From NCBI RefSeq assembly GCF_004010195.1, contig NC_057759.1, forward strand, positions 5,796,936 to 5,856,455: a DNA stretch of 59,520 nucleotides, in the 5' to 3' direction. Within the stretch, counting starts at the first letter, position 1. The number at the start of each line of letters is the position of its first letter. The position numbers and the translations under genes are program-made. Below the pieces are notes generated by a model, which saw only the letters and a list, made by a program, of their open reading frames with translations, did no database searches and had not been told where the DNA came from. This document shows, one piece after another, positions 26,946 through 39,150 of the stretch. The stretch comes from Chiloscyllium plagiosum (Eukaryota).

Positions 26946-27159
26946 CTATAACCAGAATGTGAAATATTCAGTCCTGTTCCGTCATCAGCCAGTTTTTTTT
27001 GTCAACGTATCTACGTTCCCTCTGCCCCAACCAACCTCTTTTCACGTATGCACAGCGTACCATTTAGGCCTGCCCTGATCGCTTTCTCCTTTGTCAACAC
27101 TTCCCTGACGTTTGTTTCCCCATTCGTCGCTCACTTCCAAAGCTAGTCAAAATGTGGAC

Positions 27160-28225
27160 GAGCAGGTTGTTGGCCTGGGACGGACAAAGTTAACAATCAC
27201 AGGACGCCAGGTTAGAGTCCCAACAGGTTTGCTTGGGAGCGCCAGTTTCTGGAGCGCCGCTCCTTCATCAGGCGGCCGTGGAACAGGATCATAAAACACA
27301 GAATTTATCGCGAAAGATCACAGTGTCATGCAACTGAAATGACCTTGCATTGGGACAGAGTTAACCACCCCCTCCCGCCCCCTTAATTTGAACCGGCAAT
27401 GCAGCGGTAATCTGTTAAAATTCAAAAAGCAAAGAATTATCCCCAATTGAAAAACTTTAAGGACTTTGTTCAATAAGTCAAGCAAAGAATAATTAACTAA
27501 CGACTACTTACAACTCCTTCCTCCAACATATCTTTTACCTTCTCCTCTACAATACTAGTCCGATATAACCCCCCCCCCCATTAAGATTTACAAAAAAATA
27601 AATTGAAAAACCAGCCAGCTGTCGAATCTACCTCTGTCGATTCGCCCTCCAGATTGGTGTTGGTGTTTTTTTTTCCCTCTGTGCAAATTCCTTCTCGAGA
27701 CTGGTACCTCTCAGAATTCTGACCAGCAGCCTACATCTGTTGGTATTTTGGCAGTTCAATTTGCTTAGCATTTATACCCCAAAGCATCGAATCATTTCAC
27801 TGGTCTTAATATTGTCAAGGGACCAAAGTTTCAAACTTGATTCGACTTTAGTATCTTGGGCCATGATTTAAACTGATTGGCCAAATTTGAATTTGTTTTT
27901 TTTGTGTTTGTCTCAGGTACTGCAGGACCGAATGTTGCATTGTAAATTCTCCAGCATTCTGTGCGCCAGCTAAATCCTTCAACTCTCTTAAAGGTACAGC
28001 GCCCCTTACATATTCAGAACAAAATATTGAACAAACTAGACTTCACAGCAATCTAGGTTTGGTCAATATATCGTTTGAGTTGCATGACACTATAATCTCT
28101 CACTATAAACTCTATGTTTCAACGTCCCACTCCACAACTACCTGATGAAGGAGCAGCGCTCCAAAAGCTAGTGCTTTCAAATAAAACCATTGCACTCTAG
28201 CCTGGTGTTGTGTGAGGTTTAACGA
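27160..28225. mobile_element. Inverted pair of PLE-derived termini enclosing an LTR-like repeat (~27350-28010)
   Basis: 27190-27335 is the diverged reverse complement of 28078-28225; each arm has cctgatgaaggagcNgcgctcc. Confidence 0.65.
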
Positions 28226-28659
28226 AATCAGTCAACCCACCTCCCCTAGCTTCCAAGTTTCCACCCAATCCTGGTGCTTTATTGAGTCTCTCGGCCCGGG
28301 GATTGGTTCCTCTTTCTGCCCGGATGAAGCCCATCCCTTCTGAACAGGTTTGTTCCCCCATTCCCAGCAATAGGCTCAGTCTCCCAAACACAGAAACCCC
28401 TCCCTTCTCTGGTATCCCTCAAGTCACGCAACTGCCTGTCTGATCTGCCTCTGTCTAAATGGTGCAGGTGATGGCACAGGTTGTGTTCCTGATATTACTG
28501 CCCTGACGCTCCTGCATTTTAATTCACTCCCTTCCTCAGAAAACTGATTCATTGACGCCGGTCCTCCACAACTCGCTTCTGAGTCACTCTGCCTCAGACA
28601 CCTTCTGCAATAATCCTCCTGAGTCACCTCTCACCAGCTCCCTCTGTTACAAGTTAACT

Positions 28660-29345
28660 AGTGCAGAAACTGCTGGACAAATTCAACCAGACTGGCAACA
28701 TTTGTAATTTGTAGAGGAACAGAGCGGGGTGGGGAGAGAGAGACGGAGGATCAGACTTTTATGGACGAACTGAGAGAGAGAGAGAAAAAAAACGGAGTTT
28801 ACATTATAGGTTATGAACACAGAAGATTCTGGAGAAATTCAGCAAGTCTGGCAACATTTGTGGAGAGAGAGAGAGAGAGAGAAACGAGTTAACTTTGCAG
28901 GCCACGAATACAGGAAGTACTTGAGAAACTCAGCAGGTCTTTCAGTATCTATAGAGAGAGAGATTTAGGGAAACTCAGCAGGTCTGGGGGAGAGAGAGAG
29001 AGAAAGAACACTGTTCAAGTTACAGGCTATGCACTCAAAACATTGCTGGAAGAACTCAGCAGGTCTTTCATTATCTGTCGAAAGAGAGACAGAGGTAAGG
29101 GAATTCAGCAGGCCTGACAACATTTGTGGAGAGAGAGAGAGAGAGAGACAGAGAGAGAAGGGGAGAATAGAGCTAACGTTGCGGGTTATGAGCACAGAAA
29201 GTGCTGGAAAATGTCAGCAGGTCTTTCATTATCTGTAGAAAGAGAGAGAGGGAGAGAGACAGAGGTAAGGAAACTCAGCAGGCCTGACAACATTTGTGGA
29301 GAGAGAAACAAAGTCATCGTTTCGAGTCCCAGTGTGAATCTTCCT
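28660..29345. repeat. Tandem array of PLE-terminus-like units separated by (GA)n
   Basis: About 8 imperfect copies of gaaactcagcaggtct...tgtggagagagaga. Confidence 0.75.
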
Positions 29346-29579
29346 TACAATGTCAGATCGAGTCAGTCTGGTTCCGTAGCTGGTGCCTCTGTTTGTCTCT
29401 CCTCAGAAGCTGCCTGAGTGCTTGAATTTATCTTCCCCCCAACAGGACACACTGACTGGTATCACACCGACAACAGTGAGACAGCGAAAACAGAACCATT
29501 GGAAACAAAAAAAAAATTCCCAGACGACATGGGACAAGAACAGTTAGATCTTTAATTGCGAACTTAGAATAAAAATTAC

Positions 29580-29676
29580 CAGGAACTCCAACGGCGGCCA
29601 GGAAGGGGTAGTAGACCCTTTGAAATTTAACCAGGGTACTCTCGGTCTCGATGTCCAAAGTGTGACTCCTGTCCAT
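29580..29676 (-). CDS. GPR139-like class A GPCR, coding exon 1 (N-terminus and first half of TM1)
   Basis: ATG at 29676 gives MDRSHTLDIETESTLVKFQRVYYPFLAAVGVP, followed by G|gtaatt (phase-1 donor at 29579). G+CT from exon 2 gives Ala and restores the TM1 motif GVPANLL. An in-frame TAA lies upstream. Confidence 0.85.
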
Positions 29677-29759
29677 CACTCCTCTTTCTGGGAACACCGA
29701 TCCATCTTAGTGGCAGAGATGTCACTCCCACTGTTAACATGGGACCGTGCTGAAGTACA

Positions 29760-29772
29760 GGGCGGATTTATG
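29760..29772 (-). promoter_or_regulatory. Possible core promoter of the GPCR (TATA-like CATAAAT next to a GC box)
   Basis: CATAAAT on the minus strand at 29772-29766, about 90 nt upstream of the ATG; GGGCGG at 29760-29765. Motif and position only. Confidence 0.25.
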
Positions 29773-30149
29773 GTAGGAGAAATCTCCCGGGGTCACAATT
29801 AGGATCCGCGGAGACAGATATCAATTCCAGTCATTGAACAAACAGCAGCAGGTAATTCTCCATCAAAAAATGATTTTTCTTTTTCAATTTTCGCTCAGTC
29901 ACGATGTCTGTCGAGACCGCTGGAAGGTGACATTTCGACACAGGGTCGGTCTCGAGTAAAATTAATTGTAGAACAGATTGGAGCTGGCAGTTTTAATTTC
30001 TGTTTCTTCATATTGAAACGCACTGTTCCAGCATCACACACACACAAAATGAAGGGAAAGGAAAGTGAAGGGGAAGAGTGATTCCGTATTTACAGCAATT
30101 CAATGGAGACAAACACATACACACTAGCAATGGGAACCACAGGTAAAAC

Positions 30150-31570
30150 ACATTGTAGTATTGCGTACCACTTTGGTCACTGCATTACAGGAAGGATGTG
30201 GAAGTTTTGGAAAGGGTTCCGAGGAGACTAACTGGGATTTTGCCTGGTATGGAGAGAAGGCCTTGCTAGGAAAGGCTGAGGGACTTGAGGCTGTTTTCAT
30301 TGAGAGGTGATTTAGCAGGAGACGTTAGATTAGATTAGATTCCCTACAGAGTGGAAACAGGCCCTTCAGCCCAACAAGTCCACACCGACCCTCTGAAGAG
30401 TAACCCACCCAGACCCATTTCCCTCTGACTAATGCACCTAACACTACGGGCAATTTAGCATGGCCAATTCACCTGACCTACACATCTTTGGACTGTGGGA
30501 GGAAACCGGAGCACCCAAAGGAAACCCACGCAGACATGGGAGAATGTGCAATCGAACCTGGGACCCTGGTGCTGTGAGGCAGCAGTGCTAACCACTGAAC
30601 CACCGTGCCGTCCAATATAAGATCATCAGAGGGTTAGATATGGTGGACAGTGAGAACCTTATTCCTCAGATAGTGATGGCTAGCATGAGGGGGCATAGCT
30701 TTAAATTAAGGGGTGATAGATGTGGGACAGATGTCAGAATTAATTTCTCTAGGGGTGTGGAACACAACTGTAGTAGACTCGCCAACTTTCAGGGCATTTA
30801 AATAGTCATAGAGGTAGGTTCTTTACTCAGAGAGTGGTGCATGCATGGAGTGGTGCAAGAGGAGTCAGAGACATGAGAGAGGTTTAAACAAGTGAAGAAC
30901 AAGGAGATGGAGGGCAGTAAATTGAGGGGTGTGTCGGTTCGGTTGATGTTAGATTAAGATAAATGCTCGGCTCAACACCGTGGGCCAAACTGTTCTTTGT
31001 TCTATGTCCTACAAAGAACCATAGCTCATCCTGATTTGGATAGAGGTAGAGTTCTGGAATATGGACGTATCACAGGGTCCTGGAGCGTCACAGTTTTATG
31101 GAGAAGCAAGAAGTTATACAAATTCATGGGAGATTTTAAGGAATCTCGACAGTGTGGATCCAGACCATCATGTCCATGCCCATCGAACCTGGGACCCTGG
31201 TGCTGTGAGGCAGCAGTGCTAACCACTGAACCACCATGCCGTCCAATATAAGATCATCAGAGGGTTAGAGAGGGTGGACAGTGAGAACCTTATTCCTCAG
31301 ATGGTGATGGCTAGCATGAGGGGGCATAGCTTTAAATTAAGGTGTGATAGATGTGGGACAGATGTCAGAATGAATTTCTCTACGCAGAGCGTAGTGGAGG
31401 TGTGGAACACAACGGTAGTAGACTCGCCAACTTTCAGGGCATTTAAATAGTCATTGGATAGATACATGGATGGAAGTGGAACAGTGTAGGATGGAAAAGT
31501 TTCAGATTGGTCGATGCCATATCAAGGGTCAAAGGGACTGTACTGCGCTGTAACGTTCCATATTCTACAT
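30150..31570 (+). mobile_element. CR1 LINE 3' fragments with an inserted HE1 SINE (~30326-30610, minus) and a local duplication
   Basis: CR1 ORF2 end and 3' UTR; 30551-30809 is repeated at 31182-31454. Confidence 0.8.
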
Positions 31571-31992
31571 TGTTGATCAGAGTCATACCTGACACATAGG
31601 AAGATGGTGGTGGTTGTTGGATGTCTGTTATCTCAGCTCCAGGACACCTCCACTGCAGTTCCTCAGGGTAGTGCTGCAAATCCAACCACCTTCAGCTTCT
31701 TCATCAATGACCTTCTTTTCAACTTACATTCCAGGTTGGTGTGTTCAGCACCAATCGCCACTCCTCAGGTACTTAGGCAGTTCGTGTATAAGTGCAACAA
31801 GATCTGGACAACATCCAGGCTTGGGATGGCAGGCTACAAGTAACATTCACACACATGCAAACACCGGGCAATGACCATCTTCAGCAAGAGACAAACTAAC
31901 CACCACCCCATGTTATTCAATGACCATCACTCAATCTCCCATTATGAACATCTTGAAGTTTTGTCTCTCTCTCTCTCTCTCTCTCTGTCCTT

Positions 31993-32492
31993 NNNNNNNN
32001 NNNNNNNNNNNNNNNNNNNNNNNNNNNNNNNNNNNNNNNNNNNNNNNNNNNNNNNNNNNNNNNNNNNNNNNNNNNNNNNNNNNNNNNNNNNNNNNNNNNN
32101 NNNNNNNNNNNNNNNNNNNNNNNNNNNNNNNNNNNNNNNNNNNNNNNNNNNNNNNNNNNNNNNNNNNNNNNNNNNNNNNNNNNNNNNNNNNNNNNNNNNN
32201 NNNNNNNNNNNNNNNNNNNNNNNNNNNNNNNNNNNNNNNNNNNNNNNNNNNNNNNNNNNNNNNNNNNNNNNNNNNNNNNNNNNNNNNNNNNNNNNNNNNN
32301 NNNNNNNNNNNNNNNNNNNNNNNNNNNNNNNNNNNNNNNNNNNNNNNNNNNNNNNNNNNNNNNNNNNNNNNNNNNNNNNNNNNNNNNNNNNNNNNNNNNN
32401 NNNNNNNNNNNNNNNNNNNNNNNNNNNNNNNNNNNNNNNNNNNNNNNNNNNNNNNNNNNNNNNNNNNNNNNNNNNNNNNNNNNNNNNNNNNN
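31993..32492. other. Assembly gap (500 N)
   Basis: Run of exactly 500 N between a (CT)n tract and a minisatellite. Confidence 0.99.
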
Positions 32493-32499
32493 TCTCAAT

Positions 32500-33165
32500 A
32501 CAGCCTGTGTGCCTCGATAATGCCTGGGAATGCTGAGCCTGCCCAGACACCCTGTACCCTGATACTGTCTGGGAATACTGAGCCTGCCCAGATACTCTGT
32601 CCCCGATACTGCCCGGGAATACTGAGCCTGCCCAGATACCTTGTACCCTGATACTGTCTGGGAATACTGAGCCTGCCCAGATACCCTGTACCCTGATACT
32701 GCCCTGGAATACTGCACCTGCCCAGATACCCTGTACCCTGATACTGCCCGGGAATGCTGAGCCTGTCCAGATACCCTGTACCCTGATACTGGAAGGGAAT
32801 GTTGAGCTCCCCACATACCCTGTACCCTGATACTGCCTGGGAATACTGAGCCTGCCCTGATACCTTGTACCCTGATACTGCCCTGGAATACTGCACCTGC
32901 CTAAATACCCTGTACCCTGATACTGCCTGGGAATACTGAGCCTGCCCAGATACCCTGTGCCCTAATACTGCCTGGGAATACTGAGCCTGCCCAGATAACC
33001 TGTGCCCTGATACTGCCTGGGAATACTAAGCCTGCCCAAATACCCTGTACCCTGCTACTGCCTGGGAATGCTGAGCTGCCCAGATACCCTGTACTCTGAT
33101 AATGCCCGGGAACATTGAGGCTGCCTGATGCTCTCTACCCTGATACTGTCTGGGAATACTGAGCG
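32500..33165. repeat. 45-bp minisatellite
   Basis: Unit gataccctgtaccctgatactgcctgggaatactgagcctgccca; gives the 15-aa periodicity seen in the ORF track. Confidence 0.92.
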
Positions 33166-33825
33166 TTCCCATGTACTGCCTGTGCACCTTGTTACTGCCT
33201 GTGTATCCCAATACTTCCAGTGTACCTTGATACTGCCCATGTACCTCGATACTTACAGTGTACCCTGATATTGCCCGTATACCCCGATGCTGCCTGTGTA
33301 CCCCAATACTGCTTGTGTACCCTGATACTGCACATGTATCCTGATACTGTCTGTGTACCTTGATACTCCCAGTGCACCCCGATACTGCCTGTATACCCCC
33401 ATACTGCCTGTGTACCCCGATACTGCCTGTGTACCCTGATACTGCCTATGTACCCTGATACTGCCCGTACACCCCAATACTGCCCATGTACCCCTACAGC
33501 CCATGTACCCAACATTACCCATGTACCCTGAAACTGCACATGTATCATGATACTGCCCATGCACCCCAATACGGCCCACGTACCCAATATTGGCCATCTA
33601 CCCTGATATTGCCTGTGTACCCCGATACTGTCTGTGTATCCCAAAATTGCCCTTGTACCCCGATATTGCCAGCGTACCCCAAAATTGCTCATGTACTCCA
33701 ATAATGCCCGTGCATCCCAATATTGCCTCTGTACCTCAGTACTGCCTGTGTGCTCCAATACTGCCCGTATACCCCAATATTGCCTCTGTACCTCAATACT
33801 GCCCATGTACCCCAATATTGCCCTA
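33166..33825. repeat. 19-bp minisatellite
   Basis: Unit gatactgcctgtgtaccct/c, decaying rightwards; a remnant lies at ~34310-34450. Confidence 0.88.
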
Positions 33826-34539
33826 AAGAATTTGATTGCACAGAAGTGGCCATCAGACGATTACATCTATGTTCCTCTTTGTCTCCCCAGTTACCTTCAA
33901 ATGATCTTCCATGTACCTTTCAAATGGTGTGATGTTTCCTGCCTCAACTACCGTCACAGGCAGTGCATCCCAGAGCCCCATCAACCTCTGAGTGAAAATG
34001 GTTTTGCTCAAATCCCTTTTAAATCTCCTGCTTGTGACCTTAAAATTATGCCCCTTGTTACTGATTCTTTCACTGCTGCTTCCTATCCATGCTGCCCCTG
34101 TCTTTCATCATCTTATACCCCTGGATCAGATTCCCTCCTCAGCCTTCTTTGCTCCAAAGAAAACAAGCTGAGCTTATCCAGCCTCTCTTCATAGCTGGAA
34201 TGCTCCATCCCAGGGCATCGTCCTGGTGAATCTCCTCTGCACCCTCTCCAATGCAATTCACATCATTCCCATAAGGTCACTTCGCTCTAGGCAACTGTAC
34301 AAAGGATATGTTAATACTGCCTGTGTATCCCAGACTTTGATACTGTCTGGATACCCCTACTGCCCAGGAACGCAAACTGTCCAGATACCCTGTACACCAG
34401 TGCAGTTTGAGTACCCCAATTCTCCCCCTGTACCCCAAATCTGTCTGGGTGCCCATCGAGGATTCTGTTTCAGTGCACTGTACCTATTCTTCCAGAAATC
34501 CCCAAACCACCATAAAATTACTGACAAACTGACCAAGTC

Positions 34540-36115
34540 CTGAAGGACCACTCTGCCAGGTTGGGCTGTGGCAGATGGTGCACAAGTAAGCAACGTATAG
34601 GAGGAGGAAACTCCATGAACATACCCTTCCTGAAAGATGGGAGAGCCCAGCACATTAGTGTGAAAGAAAAGGTGAAAGCATCCACAACAATCTTCAACCA
34701 GGTGTACCGGGGCACTAACTGAGTTTAACCTCCTCCGTGGGCCTGCAGTAGCACAAATACCAACCTTCAGCCATTTCAATTTGCTCCATAGATTTGAAAA
34801 AACAGTTGGAGGCACTGGAAGCTGCTGAACATATAGACCCTGACACAATAGGACTGAAGACTGGTGCTCCAGAGCATGCTGCACTTGACCAAACACTGAC
34901 ATCTGCCCAAAAAATGTGCAATCAGCAGCATCTGCTCAGCAATAACCTGCTCACTGACGTCCAGTTTGGGTTCTGAGAGGGCCACTCAGGTCCTGTATTT
35001 AGTACAGCCTAGGGTCAAACATGGACAAAAGAGTTACTTTCCAGAGGAAAGGTGAGAGTGACAGCCCTTGATATCACGGCCCCATTTGACCAAACGTGGC
35101 ACCAAGGAGCCCTCGCAAAACTGGAATCAATGGAAACCGGGGGACAAACTCTCTGCTGGTTAGAATCATGCCTGGCATATAGGAAGATGGTTGTGGTGTT
35201 GGAGATCAGTCATTGCAGCTCCAGAACATCTCTGCAGGTGTTCTTTGGGACAGTGTTCTAGGCCCAACCAGCTTCAGCTGCTTCATCAATCACCTTCCCT
35301 TCATCACCCGGTTAGAAGTGAAGATGTTCGCTGAGGAATGCACAATAGTCATCACCATTCACAACTCCTCAGTACATGCCCAAATGCAGCCAGACATGGG
35401 CAATATCCAGGCTGAGGCTGAATAGTAGCAAGAAACATTTGCACCACACAAATATGTGGTAATGATCACCTCCAACATGTAACCTTTGCCCCATGACATT
35501 CAAGGGCCTTACCATTACTGAATCCCCCATGATCAACATCCATTCACCAGAAACTTAACTGGACTAGCCACATAAACACAGTGACCAACTACAACAGCAG
35601 GTCAGAGGCGAGGAATACAGCGATGTGTAACTCACCTCCTGACTCTCCAAAGCCTGTCCACCATCTCCAGGGCACAGGTCAAGAAGGTGATGGAACACTC
35701 CCCAGTTGCTTGGATTGGTGCAGCTCCAACAATGTTCAAGGTACAAAGAAGCCCAGCTGATTGGCACCACCACTGAAGCAGTAGTGTGAACCTCTTACCT
35801 GCATGAATTCACCAAGGCTGCTTAGACCTTCCAAACCCTTGACCACAATCATCTAGAAGGACAAAGGGCCACAGACAAAGGGGAACACTACCCCCTGCAG
35901 ATTCCCATCCAAGCCCATTACCATCCGTTTCAGGAACATAGTGTTGTTCCTTCAGTGATAGTCGGTAAAAATCCTGGAACACCGTCCCTAAAAGCACCAT
36001 GATCCTGCCTGCAATGCATGGAATGCAGCAATTCAAGAAGGCAACTCCTCAGGAAAACTCGAGATGGGCAATAAATGTTGACCAGCCAGAAACACCGCAC
36101 CTCATGAATTAATCA
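34540..36115 (+). mobile_element. Decayed LINE (CR1/L2 clade, second family)
   Basis: RT remnants LLTDVQFGF, VTALDITAPFDQTWHQG, SVLGPTSFSCFIN, MFAEECT; same family at ~31600-31960 (+) and ~24700-25000 (+). Confidence 0.8.
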
Positions 36116-36287
36116 ATAATAAAAATAATCTGTTCAAAAGCCTGCATCAGAGGCAAATAGAGAGTATTTGAGAGTCAAAAATACAATGGAAGTTAGAGAG
36201 ATAGTGAACAGAAAGACAGAGAGTGAGATTCGGCTGTCTCAAGGTTCCTGAATGTATTGTCTAATTGTGATGGTTGTCCTTTTGCAG

Positions 36288-36434
36288 GTATTCCCAGATG
36301 TCACTATCCTGTTCAGTGATGTGGTTGGTTTTACTCGGATTTGCAGTCACATCACGCCAATGCAAGTGGTTTCTATGTTGAACACGATGTATACACTGTT
36401 TGACACCCTGAGTGAGAAGCACAGAGTCTTCAAG
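36288..36434 (+). CDS. Atypical soluble guanylyl cyclase (Gyc-88E-like), catalytic-domain exon A
   Basis: ttttgcag|GTA...AAG|gttagt, 147 nt, phase 0/0: [49 protein letters not shown]. Contains the FSDxVGFT metal-binding motif. Confidence 0.93.
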
Positions 36435-37369
36435 GTTAGTGTTAATAATGGGGGAGTACTGCACAACAATCACATCAACTGCATCATGAAACCACGAAAA
36501 ATCTTCATTCCAAAACAGCACTCTGCTACTGCAAACCAAAAGCAACTTTCTTTTAAGCAGTTAGGACAGATTCCTGCCTGAGGTCCTGCAATTCATGCGA
36601 CACTCCTAAATCATTATACCCCTCACTTGGTCACAACGAGGTTAACTTAACACAAGACATCCCTTCCCTCGTGGATACCTTTCTTGGTTTCAATGTAACT
36701 TATCTTTTAAAAGATAACCAGGGTGTGGAGGAGTGAGTTTATTAGTTACTAAAATTATGAGGAAAAATAATAATTGGATTCATACAGATTAGAAATGAGA
36801 AATGAGGAAACTCATAGCAGCTTTAATGAAGAAAGACAAATCAATCTTTGACTTGTCCATGTGGAATAGAAAGTGAAATGTGTGGTCATTGCATGAGGGA
36901 TTTCAGGAGTGCTGACCTTGTCAGCTGAACCATTCATAAATCATTGAATTATACAATCCCTACAGTGTGGAAGCAGGCCATTTAGCCTATTGAGTCCACA
37001 CTGACCCTCCAACAAGCATCCCATTTAACCCACCCCCTATAACCCTGTAATTCCCAAAGCTAATCCACCTAGCTCAGGTCACTGTTGATCTAGGGTTTTG
37101 GCCAAGTTGGCTAGATGGAGTTGTCCTGTTTTCTTTTTGACAGTGGTTTTGATGCCTTCCAATAATCAATGAGAAAAAGAGACTTTGTCTTTTATCTTCA
37201 AACATGTAAGTATCAAGTGGATATTCTTCATCTGTGACCTTCACAGCAGACACTAGCTCAATAGAATTGGAACAACAGGCAAGCCCTCCGAGACCATGCT
37301 GCAGTCAGTTTTGAAACTGCTTGTCATGTGTAGTTTTGGAACCGGAGAACAAAACACGTCAAGGCCACA

Positions 37370-39150
37370 GTAATCTTCTCCCTTGCCTCCTTCAGTATCC
37401 TGGGATATATTCATTCATGGATATTGTTTAAAGCACCCAACATCTCTTTCTTAATATCAACATGCCCTAGAATAGCAACATGCTTCTCCTAATCTTACCC
37501 TCATCCACCTCCTTCTCCTTGGTAAATAGTGTTGTATTAAGGTTTTCACTCACTTCCTCTGGCTCCACACATAAATTCCCTCCTTTGTCCTATAGCTACT
37601 TTCTTGTTCCTGATGAATGTACATCATGGCTTGGAATCTTCCAGAATTCCAATTTTCAAGGTCATTTCATGGCCCCTTTTACCTGTCCTTATTCCTTGCT
37701 TAAGGTCTTTATATTCCTCAAGGACCTCCTCTAATTTCAGCTTGCTAAATCTTACATATGTTTTTTTTTCTTTTGAACTAAACGTTTAATATCTCTTGTC
37801 ATCTAACGTTCCCAAATGTTGCTATCCTTCGCTTTCATCCTCACAGGAAATGCTGGTCTCAAATTCTGATTGTCTGGCCTTTAAAAGATACCCACATGTC
37901 AGATGTGGATTTACTCCCAAAAATCCACCCCAATCTAATTTCTTCAGTTCCTGCCTAACACTCTCATAATTAACTTTCAGCCAATGTACAACACCTCATC
38001 TTCTGCCTACAGCCCGGACTCAACAGCGAGTTCTCCAATATCACATAGCTTCCCTTCTCATCCCCCGACTCCCTTCCTAGCCCCACCCATTTCTCTGACT
38101 GGCACTTCCAGCTATCAACTGGGTTAATTCCTCCCATCGACCAACCAGATCGTACCCTGTACTCATGTTCACCAATCCCCACCTCACTGTCCCTCCCTCT
38201 CCCCAACCAAAACCCTCCTCCACCCACTTTATCTGCAGTTCCCCTTACACCAACTCCCAGTCCTGAAGAAGGATTACACCTGAAATGTTGACTTCTCCAC
38301 CTCCTGATGCTGTTGCCTGCTGTGTTCTTCCTGCTTGTCTACAGCAAAGTTAACATTCACCCAAGGACCAGTCTTATTCTTATCTATAATTATCACCACT
38401 ACCCCAAAATGCTCCCTCACTATAATTTTGCTCACCTAGCCAGATTTATTCCCCAAAACAAGATCTATTACAGCTCCTTCCCAGTTGGACTATTTCCATA
38501 TTGTTTCAAGGAACCTTCCTGGGTGCACCGAACAAATTCTGCCTCATCTAAGTCCCTGGCAGTAAGGATGTCCCAGTCAATGTTGGGTAATTTTAAGTCC
38601 CTCACTACAACAAACCCTAAAAACTCTATTGATTTTATGTTTCCCTGATCTGCCTGCATATCCCACTGACTTTTGGGAGGCCTACAGTATAACTCCATCA
38701 TAGTGAATGCCCCTTTCTTATTCCTAACGTTCAACCAAAGTACTTTGCTGGATGGGCCCTCCATGATGTCATCTCTTCGTGTAGCTCTTTAATGAGTCAT
38801 GCATCTCCCCAATGACTTTTACATCTTTTTCATCCACATCTGAAACAAATAAACCTTGGAAGATTAAGCTGCCAGACCTGCCCTTCTTTCAACCAAGTTT
38901 CACATCGTAGTCCCATATATTAATCCAGGCTCTATCTGTTGTACTCCACACATTATAATAAATACACTTCAGACTGCCAGGCCCATCATGTTCATTACTC
39001 TAGTCCTGCCTGTTCACTGACTTGATTGAACCTCTACTGCTCCTCAATCACTCCACTTGCTGATGTACTGCTCTGATTCCCACCCCTTGCCACACCAGTT
39101 TAAACCCAACAAACACCAACAAGCCTCCCTGCAAGTATATTGGTGCCCCC
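37370..39150 (-). mobile_element. Decayed CR1 LINE (endonuclease region) with a PLE fragment at ~37985-38340
   Basis: LYCRPPKS, VVRDLKLPNIDW; the PLE fragment ends cctgaagaaggattacacctgaaatgttg. Confidence 0.75.

Noticed and set aside
32500..33825. CRISPR-like regular repeats and repetitive ORFs of 133-299 aa
   Set aside because: Units are head-to-tail with no unique spacers, there are no cas genes, and the context is eukaryotic. The ORFs result from a 45-bp unit that is a multiple of three and from N runs.
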